The notes below the pieces were generated by a model. It saw nothing but the letters and a program-made list of their open reading frames with translations. It searched no databases and was not told the origin of the DNA. From Gemmatimonadales bacterium (GTDB lineage Bacteria; Gemmatimonadota; Gemmatimonadetes; Gemmatimonadales; GWC2-71-9), in assembly GCA_965249575.1 (NCBI GenBank), contig OZ252244.1:2208001-2272000 (forward strand): DNA of 64,000 nt. Reading direction: 5' to 3'. This document shows, in pieces, positions 7,803-18,795 of the stretch; the first letter of the stretch is position 1; every line of letters begins with the position of its first letter. A program made the translations under genes and the position numbers.

Positions 7803-8968
7803 GTGCGGTGAAGCTGTCCCACCGCCTTCGATACCGCACGGTTGGCGGCGACGGCCAAACGCACCGCCGGCACGATGGCGATTGCGAAACGACAGAGACG
7901 CGTCGCTCTTCTGAGTAACGCGCCGAGGCGGGGGAGTCGCTCTTCCATCCACGCCGTGGGTGGCGAGACGGATGGTTCGAGCGATGCCATGGCGATGCGC
8001 TGCCCGACCCGGAATCGCTGGTCGTCGAACAGCAGCGTATAGACCCACAGGCTCAACTCGGTCGCCAACATGCCGGGTATGGGAAACCGGCGGGCCTGCA
8101 TTCTCAGGAAGTAGAGAACACCAGCCGCACGCTCGAAAGAATCGGGGCGCACAGACCCAGGTGCCAGGTGCTGCGCGGATCGCAGGACGGTCGCCAGTGG
8201 ACTGCGCGACGGGTGAGCCTGAATCCGATCGGCGACTTCTTTCAAATCTTGGGCGGTGCACGCCGCGGCTGCATTCCCGATCAGGCATAGATCACGTATG
8301 GAGCCGCGGCGGAACGGATGTTGGAGGACTAGGTGTTCGAGGGTGTACCACAGGTGGTCCGCCGCCGCGAGTCTCCGGAGGCCCGGACCGAACTCGAGGT
8401 CGACCGTTCGTTCCCAGACCTCCGCCGAGAGCGGGGCGCCCGCCTGCGGCGTCAGGTGGATCTCGATGTGAAGCGCGCCCTTGGCCACACGCTGCCGCAG
8501 GTGTTGGTCGCTACTGAACCCGATGCCCCGATAGCCGGAGGCGTCCAATGCGGATGCGATTTGCCGTGCGTAATCGGGGTGGCAGAGGACGTCGACGTCA
8601 GCAAGGTCCACCGATTGGTCATCATCGATCGCCGTGAGCGCACCCTTCAGGGGAATCGCCGTCGTGCCGAGGCCCGCGGCGATGTCCCCGATCGACCGCA
8701 ACGCGCCTCGGGCGGAAAGCACGCGTTGTGTTTCTTCGAGCGCCCGGTCGCCAAGCTGCATTCGCGTTTTCGAGCTGAGGAGGCTGTCGGCCCGACCGCC
8801 TACGGCCCTCGTGAGCGGAAGGGCGCAGCGTTCCGTGGCCAGAAAAGAGTGCCACGCCCCGGACGAGCCGTCGGGCGCTGGTGTCGGGTCGGAGCTCAGA
8901 ATCCGGAGAGCCCACCGTCTCAGCCGAAGGGCGTCGGCCAAATCTGACGAACACTTCGCGTCACGCAC
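7799..8968 (-). CDS. Nucleotidyltransferase family protein (NTP_transf_5-like)
   Basis: PLKG...DVDVL, H...IEIH and RDL motifs; convergent with the kinase, stop codons overlap on CTAG at 7799-7802. Confidence 0.75.
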   Translation of the reverse strand: MRDAKCSSDLADALRLRRWALRILSSDPTPAPDGSSGAWHSFLATERCALPLTRAVGGRADSLLSSKTRMQLGDRALEETQRVLSARGALRSIGDIAAGLGTTAIPLKGALTAIDDDQSVDLADVDVLCHPDYARQIASALDASGYRGIGFSSDQHLRQRVAKGALHIEIHLTPQAGAPLSAEVWERTVDLEFGPGLRRLAAADHLWYTLEHLVLQHPFRRGSIRDLCLIGNAAAACTAQDLKEVADRIQAHPSRSPLATVLRSAQHLAPGSVRPDSFERAAGVLYFLRMQARRFPIPGMLATELSLWVYTLLFDDQRFRVGQRIAMASLEPSVSPPTAWMEERLPRLGALLRRATRLCRFAIAIVPAVRLAVAANRAVSKAVGQLHRT

Positions 8969-9139
8969 GGTTTACCCTGGTCCTATGCACGCATTTCCTC
9001 GGGAGAGCGCCACGGGCTCGGGAGCACGCGATGTCGAACGAACGGCACGGCGTAGCATCTCCTCAACTTCGGTCTTAGATTGACACGCCTTGACCCTTTA
9101 ATTGACCGTCTAAGGGCGGGGCGGAGCGAGCGAAGTCAC

Positions 9140-9811
9140 ATGGCCGGCACGATCTTCTGGGACGTGGATACACAATACGACTTCATGGCACCGGACGGTA
9201 AGCTCTACGTACCGGACGCGGAGACCATCCGGCCCAAGTTGCGGGAATTGACCGACTTCGCCCACCGCCATGGGATACGTGTCATCGCCAGCGCAGACGA
9301 CCACGTCGCTGGGCATCGCGAGTTGTCCGATACCCCAGACTTTCGGGAAACTTTTCCGCCTCATTGCATGCGCGGTACCTCGGGCCAGAAGAAGATATCG
9401 GAGACTCGGCTACTGGCACCCCTCGTCATCGAGCCGGATTCGGTAGATCCTTCGGCTCTCGCGGCTCGCGTTCGCGATCACGCGAGGGACATCCTGTTTC
9501 ACAAGCATTGGTTCGACGTGTTCACCAATCCAAATGTCGAGCCCGTGGTTACCCAGCTGGGCCCGGAGCGAGTCGTAGTGTATGGCGTGGCGCTCGACAT
9601 CTGCAATCGATATGCAATCGACGGTTTGCGGGCGCGGTATCCCGACATGGCTCTCCTCGCCGTGACCGACGCGATGAAGCCGATCGATCCTGACAGGGCG
9701 GGCGAGTTGCTCGCGTCATGGGCAGAGAGTGGCGTTACGCTGGTCGACACCGCTGAGGCGATCGACTCCGCCCGTCGGGGCGCCTTACGTAGGGAGCTAG
9801 CGACAGAATGA
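9140..9811 (+). CDS. pncA: Nicotinamidase / isochorismatase-family cysteine hydrolase
   Basis: DVDTQYDF, D-x-H, FPPHCM.GT.G, K, GVALDIC catalytic motifs. Confidence 0.8.
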   Translation: MAGTIFWDVDTQYDFMAPDGKLYVPDAETIRPKLRELTDFAHRHGIRVIASADDHVAGHRELSDTPDFRETFPPHCMRGTSGQKKISETRLLAPLVIEPDSVDPSALAARVRDHARDILFHKHWFDVFTNPNVEPVVTQLGPERVVVYGVALDICNRYAIDGLRARYPDMALLAVTDAMKPIDPDRAGELLASWAESGVTLVDTAEAIDSARRGALRRELATE

Positions 9812-10902
9812 GCACTCCCGCCTTCGGGCGGTTCTTCCTTCCCGGACCGACCGACGTACATCCCGATATTCTGACTGCTTGTGCGCGCTCCATGATCGCG
9901 CATCGTGGTCCGGCAATGGTGGACTTGCTCTCGGGCATGGAAGACCCGTTGAAACGGCTGTTTCGCACGGAGCGTCGCGTGGTGGTCGGTTCGTGCTCCG
10001 CAACGGGCTTCATGGAAATGGCGGCTCGATGCGGGATTCGCGGCCGAGCGTTGGCGCTCGTTGGTGGCGCTTTTGGGGAGCGGTTTGCGGGGGTGGCCGC
10101 GGCATGCGGCAGCGACGTCGTCCGGCTCGACGTTCCGCTCGGACAGACGCTGGAACCGGACATGCTGCGCGATGCGGTCAAGCGGTCGGATGTGGATGCC
10201 GTGACCTTGGTGCACTCAGAGACATCGACCGGTGCGCTCGCCCCGCTCGAAGACCTGGCTGCGGTGGTCCACGAGTTCGAAGACGTGCTGCTCTTGGTCG
10301 ACGCCGTGACGTCCATGGCTGGCTCTCCGGTAGAAACGGATGACTGGAAGCTCGATTTCGTGTTCACGGGGTCGCAAAAGGCGCTCGCGCTCCCGCCGGG
10401 TCTCGCGCTGGGAGTCGCTTCCGACCGAATGATAGAGCGCGCCAAGACCATCCCCGAGCGGGGCGCGTATCTCGATCTCGTCGCATATGATCGCGCGTTC
10501 GCCTCGGCGCAGCCTACGAACACACCGGCCATATCTCTGCTCTACGCGCTCAAGGCCCAACTCGCCAGAATCGACGCCGAGGGGGGAGTCGAAGCTCGAT
10601 GGCAACGGCACGATGCCATGCGGCGGACAGTCGAATCTTGGGTCGAGGCGGAGGGAGCGCGGCTGGGAATCGCGTATCTTCCCAAGGAGAATCGGCGGTC
10701 GTGGACGGTGTCTTGTCTCCGGATCCCGGAGCGGATCGGATCCAAGCACCTCACGAAAGCGCTCGGCGCCGATGGTTGGACGATCGGGTCCGGGTACGGG
10801 AAGCTCAAAGACTCCACGATTCGGATCGGTCACATGGGCGACCACTCCGTGGCAGCGTTGGCCGAGCTTTTGGGACTCTTGGAAAGGGTGCTCGTGCAAT
10901 GA
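9808..10902 (+). CDS. Class V PLP aminotransferase (serine-pyruvate/phosphoserine aminotransferase-like)
   Basis: PGPT, HSETSTG, VDAVTS, GSQKALALPPG, IRIGHMG; ATGA overlaps with both neighbours. Confidence 0.88.
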   Translation: MSTPAFGRFFLPGPTDVHPDILTACARSMIAHRGPAMVDLLSGMEDPLKRLFRTERRVVVGSCSATGFMEMAARCGIRGRALALVGGAFGERFAGVAAACGSDVVRLDVPLGQTLEPDMLRDAVKRSDVDAVTLVHSETSTGALAPLEDLAAVVHEFEDVLLLVDAVTSMAGSPVETDDWKLDFVFTGSQKALALPPGLALGVASDRMIERAKTIPERGAYLDLVAYDRAFASAQPTNTPAISLLYALKAQLARIDAEGGVEARWQRHDAMRRTVESWVEAEGARLGIAYLPKENRRSWTVSCLRIPERIGSKHLTKALGADGWTIGSGYGKLKDSTIRIGHMGDHSVAALAELLGLLERVLVQ

Positions 10903-12533
10903 CCTTTGTCGTCGTCGTCGCGGATCCGGTACATCGCCGGGGCCTCGACCAATTGAGCGCGGATCCGCAGTTCGAGGTCGTGCACACGGCAGGCCGGCCG
11001 GACGAGTTCCTGAAGGCCGTACGGAGAGCGCATGCGATTCTGGTGCGCTCGGAGACGCAGCTTACGGAGGAGGTCGTGGCCCAATCGCCGCACTTGCGGG
11101 TGATTGGGCGAGCAGGCATTGGGGTCGACAACATCGACATCGATGCCGCGACCCGGCGAGGCATCGCGGTACTGAACACGCCCGGGGGGAACACCGTGAG
11201 CGCCGCGGAGCACGGCATCGCGCTACTACTCTCCCTCGTGCGCAACGTGCCCGGTGCCGTCGAGAGCATGCGGCGCGGCGAGTGGGACCGGAAACGCTTT
11301 AGTGGGACCGAGCTACGCGGTAAGACAATGGGCTTGCTGGGTCTCGGCCGCATCGGTGCCCACGTCGCTACCATCGCGCGCGTGTTCGGCATGGAGGTCG
11401 TCGCCCATGACCCGTACCTGTCAGAAGGCAGGGCGGCGGAGCTCAGGGTCAAGCTGGTCGCCCTCGACGAATTACTGGAATGCGCAGACGCGGTCTCCCT
11501 GCATCTGCCGCTAACACCCGAGACCCGAAATATCATGGACGCCCGCCGCCTCGGGCTGATGAAGCCTACAGCGGTTCTGCTCAACACTGCGCGCGGAGGA
11601 CTGGTTGATGAGGACGCCCTGCGCGAAGCCGTTGCCACGAACCGGATTGCCGGAGCGGCAATCGATGTTTTCGAAACCGAGCCCCTGCCGGCAGGCGATC
11701 TGCTCCGCGAGGCCGAACGAATCATTCTGACACCCCACCTGGCGGCGTCTACGGCCGAGGCACAGGAACGCGTCTCTCTGGAAATCTGCGATCTGGTGCG
11801 GAACGCGCTCGTCACGGGGGCGATTGGCAGCGCGGTCAACGTGCCCGGTCTGTCTAGTGAGGCGCTCCAACGACTTCAACCCCTACTCGAGCTTTCGCGT
11901 CGGCTCGGGCGGTTGGCGACGGATATTGCAAAGGGGCGGGTAGAGAGCATCGAGGTCCGGTACGGAGGGGTGGATGATATGGCACCTCGACCCGTGATGC
12001 TTGCCGTCGTGGAGGGAGTTCTCGGAGCGCAAGGGGTCGGACCGGTCACCTTGGTGAACGCAGCGGTGCTGGCCAAAGAGCGCGGTATCTCGGTCGAACG
12101 TCGGGTCGGCGACCCTGTTGCAGGCTTCGAGACCACCGTCACGGTAGAGGTCGTAACGGCCGAGCGCACCACGATTACCACCGGCGCGCTGATCGGAGAC
12201 CGGTTCGGTAGGGTTATTCGAATCGGCGATTACGCGGTTGATGTCCCACCAGAGGGGTGCGTGCTGGTCCTTCGAAATCGTGACGTGCCCGGTGTAATCG
12301 GGCAGGTGGGTACCTACCTTGGCGAATCGAAGATCAACATCGGGGCCTATCATCAGTCCCGCAAGGGCGAAAGCGGGGGTGAGGCGCTTGCGGCCATCGC
12401 GGTCGATCACGTTCCCGACGCCGAGCTCGTCGCTCGCCTGGAATCGATCCCGGAGGTGCTTGAGGTGTCGGTGGCAACTCTGGACCCTGGTGGGGTGGGG
12501 GTGGCGAGGGCGATCCCGAGCGTGCTTGTGTAG
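10899..12533 (+). CDS. serA: D-3-phosphoglycerate dehydrogenase with C-terminal ASB/ACT domains
   Basis: RAGIGVDNID, GLGRIG, NTARGG, TPHLAASTAEAQ, NRDVPGVIG. Confidence 0.93.
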   Translation: MTFVVVVADPVHRRGLDQLSADPQFEVVHTAGRPDEFLKAVRRAHAILVRSETQLTEEVVAQSPHLRVIGRAGIGVDNIDIDAATRRGIAVLNTPGGNTVSAAEHGIALLLSLVRNVPGAVESMRRGEWDRKRFSGTELRGKTMGLLGLGRIGAHVATIARVFGMEVVAHDPYLSEGRAAELRVKLVALDELLECADAVSLHLPLTPETRNIMDARRLGLMKPTAVLLNTARGGLVDEDALREAVATNRIAGAAIDVFETEPLPAGDLLREAERIILTPHLAASTAEAQERVSLEICDLVRNALVTGAIGSAVNVPGLSSEALQRLQPLLELSRRLGRLATDIAKGRVESIEVRYGGVDDMAPRPVMLAVVEGVLGAQGVGPVTLVNAAVLAKERGISVERRVGDPVAGFETTVTVEVVTAERTTITTGALIGDRFGRVIRIGDYAVDVPPEGCVLVLRNRDVPGVIGQVGTYLGESKINIGAYHQSRKGESGGEALAAIAVDHVPDAELVARLESIPEVLEVSVATLDPGGVGVARAIPSVLV

Positions 12534-12539
12534 GTCTGG

Positions 12540-14624
12540 CTACTGATCGCGCTCATTCAGGCGGAAGTTCGCGATCGCCGCCGTCAGCTTCTCGGCGGCA
12601 CCGGCGAGCTGGCCGGCAGACTGCGCGATCTCCTCGGTCGAAGCGCTCTGCTGCTGGGATGACGCGGCGATCCCCTCCACCGACTCGACGAACGAGCTGG
12701 TCCCATCTGACATGACTCTCAGGCGCTCGGTGTTCTCCTCGACCAGGTGCCTGACCTCGCCGGCTGCGTTGGAGATCTCGTCGGTCCACGCACTGCTCTC
12801 CGCGGCGGCGTCAGCAACCTCCTGCAGACCACGGGCTGCCGATTCGGCAACCTCCCGAACCGATGCGCTTCCCGCGGCGAGCCGGTCGAGTCGTTCCCGG
12901 GTCGCCCCGACGGTGCTGAGGACCTGGTGTACGGTCTCAGAGGTGGTCGTGGCTGCCTGCGCGGCCTGGACGGCGAGTTTGCGCACCTCGTCGGCCACGA
13001 CGGCGAAGCCGCGGGTCTCGGCACCAGATGCTCGAGCGGCCTCGATCGCGGCGTTGAGCGCGAGCATGTTCGTCCGCCTCGCGATCGTCTGTGCCTGGCC
13101 GACGAAGCTCTGGATCTCCGCCGACATGCTTGCCAGTGCCCTCGCCTCCTCCGCGCCGAGCTCGATCTCGTGCGCGAGCTGCGCGAGGTGCTCCCCCCCT
13201 TCCAGAAGCTTGGTTCGATGGTCTTCGGCCGCGTTCCTGAGCGCCGTGTTGCGTTCTGCAGCCGATTGAGCTCCGACCGCCAACTGCGTGGAGATCGACA
13301 GAATGCGATTGGCGTCGTCAGCGCCCCGGGTGACGAGCTCGGCCTGCTCGTTGACGCTACCCGATAGCGCCTGACACGTTCGAGCCATCTCTTCGGTCGA
13401 CGCGGACATCTCCTGAGTGCTTGCGGAGATCTGCTCCGACATGGCCGCCGATTCCTCCGCAGCGTTGCGGATGGCGCCTACGAGCGTCCTCAACGCCACG
13501 AGCATCTGCTGCACCGAACTGAGTAGACGCGCGGCTTCCCCGACTCCCGCGTCTTGCACTCGCACGTTCACCGCGAGATCGCCGTCGGCCACTCGCCGTG
13601 TGACCGCTCCCGCGACGCGCACCGGGTGCGTCACGCGTCGATCCAGCCACCAGGCGAGGATGGCCAGCAGGCCGAACATCAGCGCCAGCAGGAGGCCGCT
13701 CGCGAAATAGAGCGTGCGGCGCACCGACCTCGCCGCCGTGTAGGCATCTTCCGCGGGCTGGCGGGCGAGAACCCACCACAGGCCGGAGTTGGTCGGCGTG
13801 GAAGCAACGAGCTCCGTCACCCCACCCTGCTCGACGCCAACCACCGTGTCCCGGAGACCCCGCGGTATCGAGCCGGCGCCCGGTGTGACGCGGAGTAACC
13901 GAGTGGTGTCCCTCGAGATGACGACGCGCCCGAGGGAGTCGACTACCTCCAAGTACACTCCTCCAAAGCGATCCGCCGTCGCGAGGAGGTTGGCCAGGCG
14001 CGTGAGGGGAAGGGTCGCGCGGATCACCCCGTGAGGCTGTCGCCCCGGTCGGTCGGCGACGGCGGAAGCGAGATTGATGGCGATGGTTCCGGCGGTCGGA
14101 TCGTATCCGGGAACCCCCTGGTACAGCCCGGAGTTAAACGCCTCCTGCCAGAACTCGGTATCGGAGACGATGAGCTCCGCGTCGGGATCCGTCCCCACCA
14201 CGTGCAGCCCGTAGCGGTCGGCGATGGATATCGCCGCGAAATCGGATTCATCCAGCGCCCTCCCGAGGAAGGTACGCACCGTAGTGACGCGAGAGATCTG
14301 CCGTGAACCGGCCCTTTGCCGCCGGGCCGCTGCGGTCGCCCGCTGTAGCCCCAGCCGTTCGGCCTCCCGGCTCCCCGCTAGGGCGATCTCGATGACGTCC
14401 GGTACGCGTGCCAGCAGGTTCACGTCCCGGTGGCGATCTCGGAGGTATTGGCTGGCGGAGCGAGAGGCCCGGAGCACGACCTCCCGGAGCTGCGCGAAGG
14501 CCTCCTGCTCGAGCTGGGCCGACATGCTCCGATTAGCCAAAAATGTCAGGATCCCGACCGCGGCCACGGCGAGTGGCACACCGATCAGGATGATAGTTCT
14601 TCGGAGCTGCCGAGAAGCTGCCAT
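12540..14624 (-). CDS. Methyl-accepting chemotaxis protein (Cache-like sensor, HAMP, MCP signalling domain)
   Basis: Two TM segments; [15 protein letters not shown]...[13 protein letters not shown] hairpin tip. Confidence 0.93.
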   Translation of the reverse strand: MAASRQLRRTIILIGVPLAVAAVGILTFLANRSMSAQLEQEAFAQLREVVLRASRSASQYLRDRHRDVNLLARVPDVIEIALAGSREAERLGLQRATAAARRQRAGSRQISRVTTVRTFLGRALDESDFAAISIADRYGLHVVGTDPDAELIVSDTEFWQEAFNSGLYQGVPGYDPTAGTIAINLASAVADRPGRQPHGVIRATLPLTRLANLLATADRFGGVYLEVVDSLGRVVISRDTTRLLRVTPGAGSIPRGLRDTVVGVEQGGVTELVASTPTNSGLWWVLARQPAEDAYTAARSVRRTLYFASGLLLALMFGLLAILAWWLDRRVTHPVRVAGAVTRRVADGDLAVNVRVQDAGVGEAARLLSSVQQMLVALRTLVGAIRNAAEESAAMSEQISASTQEMSASTEEMARTCQALSGSVNEQAELVTRGADDANRILSISTQLAVGAQSAAERNTALRNAAEDHRTKLLEGGEHLAQLAHEIELGAEEARALASMSAEIQSFVGQAQTIARRTNMLALNAAIEAARASGAETRGFAVVADEVRKLAVQAAQAATTTSETVHQVLSTVGATRERLDRLAAGSASVREVAESAARGLQEVADAAAESSAWTDEISNAAGEVRHLVEENTERLRVMSDGTSSFVESVEGIAASSQQQSASTEEIAQSAGQLAGAAEKLTAAIANFRLNERDQ

Positions 14625-14684
14625 GAATCGATTCCAAGCTATGGAAGGCTTCCAGGGGGGGCAACCAGGACTAGATTATCGTCC

Positions 14685-17147
14685 ATGAGTGTATCACGAC
14701 GAGTGGCCGCCTACGATCCGTCAGCCGTTGAGGCGAAGTGGCAGGAGCGGTGGGAGGAGCGGCGCACGAACGTCGTCGACCTGGCCGGAGCCAAGCGCCC
14801 CTACTTCAACCTCATGATGTTCCCTTATCCGTCGGCCGAAGGGCTGCACGTGGGGAACGTATTCGCCTTCATTGGCGTCGACATTCACGGGCGAGCGCGA
14901 CGCTTGCAGGGTTGGGACGTATTCGAGCCCCTCGGTTTCGACGCCTTTGGTATTCACTCCGAGAACTACGCCCTCAAGATCGACACGCATCCTGGGGAGC
15001 TCATCCCGGCCAACATAGATCGTTTCCGAGAACAGCTCCGCCGAATCGGTCTGATGGTGGACTGGGACCACGAGCTTTCCACGACCGATCCGCGCTATTA
15101 CCGCTGGACGCAGTGGATCTTCGTGCAACTTTTCAAGGCCGGGCTGGCGGAGCGTCGGCGCGCACCCGTCAACTGGTGTCCGGAATGCAAGACGGTGTTG
15201 GCGAACGAGCAGGTGATCGACGGATTTTGCGAGCGCCATCCCGGCGTCAAGGTAACCACCCGGCTCCTGGAACAATGGTTCTTCAAGATCACCAAGTACA
15301 CCGAGCGGCTGCTCGATCATCTGGAGACAGTGGAGTGGTCCGAGTCGACGCGGTTGCTCCAGCGAAACTGGATTGGCCCGTCCGACGGGGCAGAATTGAC
15401 CTTCGAGACTGCGACGGGAGTCGAGATTCCCGTCTATACCACGCGGCCGGACACCGTTTTCGGGGCCACCTATCTGGTACTGGCGCCCGAGCACGACTTG
15501 GTCGAGGAGGTCACTGGCGCGGAGCAGCTGAGCGCCGTTTCCGACTACCAGCGTCGTGCGACCCAACTGGACGTCGTCGCCCGCCGGGTCGGCTCTAAGG
15601 AGAAGACCGGTGTTTTCACCGGAGGCTATGCCAGGAATCCCGCAACGGGCGAGTCCATCCCGATTTGGATCGCCGACTACGTTCTCACGGAATACGGGAC
15701 CGGCGCCATCATGGCGGTGCCAGGGCACGACGAGCGCGACTTCGATTTCGCACAAGCCTTTGGCCTGGAGGTCCGGCAGGTCGTCAAACCGGAACGCGAG
15801 GGGGAGGGCGCGCGGCTGGATGAACTCCCCCTCACCGCGCCGGACGGGATCTTGATCAACAGCGGGCAGTTCGACGGAATGTCCTGTCGGGATGGGGCTT
15901 CGTCGATCGTCGCATGGCTACAGGAGCGCGACCTCGCAGCACCGCAACGACAGTACCGCCTCCACGACTGGTGTATCTCCCGCCAGCGCTACTGGGGACC
16001 GCCGATTCCCGTCATTCATTGCGACGCGTGCGGCCCGGTTCCAGTTCCGGAGGAGGACCTCCCCGTCGAATTGCCCTTCATCGAGGACTTTCGGCCCGAC
16101 GAAAGCGGTGTATCACCTCTCGCCCGGCACGAAGAGTGGTTCCGGGTCCCCTGTCCGAAGTGCAAGGAAAACGCGCGTCGCGAGACCGACGTATCCGACA
16201 CGTTTTTGGATTCGGCCTGGTACTACCTTCGTTACCCGTCTACGAGTTTCGACGATCGCCCGTTTGACAAGAAGCTCACCGAGAAGTGGCTGCCCGTGTC
16301 CTCCTATATCGGGGGGAACGAACATGCCGTTCTTCACCTCATGTACGCGCGGTTCATCTCGATGGTGCTGCACGATCTCGGATTCCTGGCGTTTGAGGAA
16401 CCCTTTCCGCGGTTTCGTGCACATGGCACCATGATCAAGGACGGCGCCAAGATGTCGAAGTCACGCGGAAACGTCGTGGTACCCGATGCGTACATCGAGA
16501 AATGGGGAGCCGACACGTTTCGCATGTACCTGATGTTCCTGGGTCCATATCAGGAGGGAGGTGACTTTCGGGACGAGGGAATCTCTGGCATACGGCGATT
16601 CCTCGACAAGGCCTGGGGCGTCGTCGCTGGCACGGTGCGGTCGGGGGATACGCACCCCAATCCCGAGGCGCACCGAAAGCTCCATCAAACGATCCAACGA
16701 GTGACGGCGGACTTCGAGGGTCTTCGTTACAACACCGCGATCTCAGCGTTAATGGAGTACGTGAACACCCTGCGGGTGGGCGATACCGGGGCAAGCGGGG
16801 TGAAACCGGGTGTTCCGATTGCCCTGGTCGAACCACTCGTCATCATGTTGGCGCCACTCGCGCCGCACTTTGCAGAGGAGTGCTGGGGAATGTTGGGGCA
16901 CGACGGGACCGTTTTCGATGCCTCCTGGCCCACATTCGATGTGACGATTGCCGCCGAAGACGAAATTGAGCTCGTCATTCAAGTCAACGGCAGGGTGCGG
17001 GCGCGCCTTCGGGTCCCTCGAGGAATCGCTGAGGGCGATGCGGTAGAACGTGCCTTGGCGGAGCCGGCGGTGAAACGCTTCGTCGACCCCAAGCCGATCA
17101 AGAAGAAGGTGTTTGTCCAGGATCGCCTGGTGAACCTCGTGGTCTAG
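14685..17147 (+). CDS. leuS: Leucine--tRNA ligase
   Basis: MFPYPS.EGLHVGN (HIGH), TTRPDT editing motif, DWCISRQRYWG, KMSKS, QVNGR. Confidence 0.97.
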   Translation: MSVSRRVAAYDPSAVEAKWQERWEERRTNVVDLAGAKRPYFNLMMFPYPSAEGLHVGNVFAFIGVDIHGRARRLQGWDVFEPLGFDAFGIHSENYALKIDTHPGELIPANIDRFREQLRRIGLMVDWDHELSTTDPRYYRWTQWIFVQLFKAGLAERRRAPVNWCPECKTVLANEQVIDGFCERHPGVKVTTRLLEQWFFKITKYTERLLDHLETVEWSESTRLLQRNWIGPSDGAELTFETATGVEIPVYTTRPDTVFGATYLVLAPEHDLVEEVTGAEQLSAVSDYQRRATQLDVVARRVGSKEKTGVFTGGYARNPATGESIPIWIADYVLTEYGTGAIMAVPGHDERDFDFAQAFGLEVRQVVKPEREGEGARLDELPLTAPDGILINSGQFDGMSCRDGASSIVAWLQERDLAAPQRQYRLHDWCISRQRYWGPPIPVIHCDACGPVPVPEEDLPVELPFIEDFRPDESGVSPLARHEEWFRVPCPKCKENARRETDVSDTFLDSAWYYLRYPSTSFDDRPFDKKLTEKWLPVSSYIGGNEHAVLHLMYARFISMVLHDLGFLAFEEPFPRFRAHGTMIKDGAKMSKSRGNVVVPDAYIEKWGADTFRMYLMFLGPYQEGGDFRDEGISGIRRFLDKAWGVVAGTVRSGDTHPNPEAHRKLHQTIQRVTADFEGLRYNTAISALMEYVNTLRVGDTGASGVKPGVPIALVEPLVIMLAPLAPHFAEECWGMLGHDGTVFDASWPTFDVTIAAEDEIELVIQVNGRVRARLRVPRGIAEGDAVERALAEPAVKRFVDPKPIKKKVFVQDRLVNLVV

Positions 17148-17173
17148 CTCCCTCGCGGACTGGGAGCGGCTCG

Positions 17174-18459
17174 TCATCCGGAACCGTCTCCCAACGGCTG
17201 CCCGGCTATCCACACGGCTTCGAGCGTTTTCGTATTCCTTATGTCGACCAAGGGGGGTCCGCGCCAAGGACGAGAAAATCCGCCCATTTCCCCTCAGCCA
17301 GCGTTCCCACGTCACTCAACCCCAGGCATCGCGCTGCGTCACCCGTCGCCGCCACCAGAACCTGCATCGGTGACAGGCCGGCGTCGACCATCATCTCCAG
17401 TTCCAGGTGAGCGAAGTATCCCTGGAAACGACCTGGGGGACCGGTGTCCGTTCCGAGCGCCAATCTAACCCCGGCATCCGAAAGGGTCGCGAGATTTCTC
17501 GTCGCGACCTTGAGCGCCCTCTTGTTGAGCTGCGTGCTTGGGTTTTCTCCCACATCTTGCTGCCGTGCCGGGTCGCTCAGCTGCTCCAAAACAACCGGAT
17601 CGGCTTCTGCCAAGAAGAATGGGTCGCTGAAGAAGCTCGGAATTGACTCGTATGCGAAGGTCGACAGGTCGCGGGTGAGGGTGGGTGTGAGGCAGACCTC
17701 CCGATCGCGCATCAGGTCAACGAGGTCGTCGTCGACTTTCCGGTCCCGCACGCTGTGCGCGAGAAAATCCACACCGGCGCGGAGCAGTGATTTCGCGTCG
17801 TCCAGATAGAAGAGATGAGCGGCTACTCGCAGTCCGCGTTCGTGGGCGCGCTCGATTACGGCCCCGTAGATGGCGGGTGACATCTTCTCTCGCGTCCCGA
17901 GAAAATCGTCGACGCGGATCTTGATGTAGTCGACGCCCAGGGCCGCATTTCGATCCACGAGTGCGAGTGCTTCAGCCGGTGTCTCGCCTATGACCACCGT
18001 CCCGGCGGCGTGCAGTCGCGCTCGGTCGAGGGTCGGGATGTCCTGGTTGTCCCTGACTCTGATGCCAGCCTCACCGTCCCCACCGAGGCTGTTTACAGTT
18101 GTCACTCCGTAACGAGCGTACAACCGTAGCTGCCTGAGCACGTTTTCTTCGGAGTAGTGACCCGTCTCGAGGCCTCGCGAGTCGCCCACGTGCACGTGTG
18201 TGTTGATCAATCCAGGAACGATCACTTTGTCAGTCACGTCCACGATGTTCGCGCCGGGTGGTACCTCGACCGCGTTTCGCGGCGCGACAACCTCAATGCG
18301 TCCTCCGCGAAGGAGCATGGTGGCATTGCGGAGGGGCGCGCTCCCCGTACCATCGATCACCGTGGCTCCCACTAACGCGGTAGTCCCGTCGCCGTTTGGC
18401 GCGCAGGCGGCTGCGAGTGCGACCAATCCCAACGACGTCACAGCGGCAAGTGGTCTCAT
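17174..18459 (-). CDS. Amidohydrolase-family lipoprotein, apparent frameshift near the 3' end
   Basis: LAAAC lipobox, PGLINTHVH, GTD, GTLAEGKWADFLVL; a shift in the G6 run at 17252-17257 restores DPLVDIRNTKTLEAVWIAG up to TGA at 17174. Confidence 0.82.
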
Positions 18460-18795
18460 GAACACGTCTCCGTAATCGGATTCACCTGCGGAGTACTCAA
18501 GCGCTCGTTTGCCTTAAATGTACCAGCCGAGGTCACCGGCGTAAAGCAGGAACCGGCCGGTGTAGGATCGCATCATACTTCCTAACTCCTCTGTCGACAT
18601 CACTTAGAGCGACGACTTCGCCTCCTACCTTCGATCGCGGCCACAAGTCGCAGTCATGAGAATCACTTAGGCCAATGATCCATCCTCGGGTGATGTCCGT
18701 CACGGTAGAGACTGTGCCGATTGGCGCAGGGTGAACCTGCGTGCCGAGGACGATCCGTCGGCATGCTCGGCGCTTGCCAAGCTAAGGAGTGAGAG

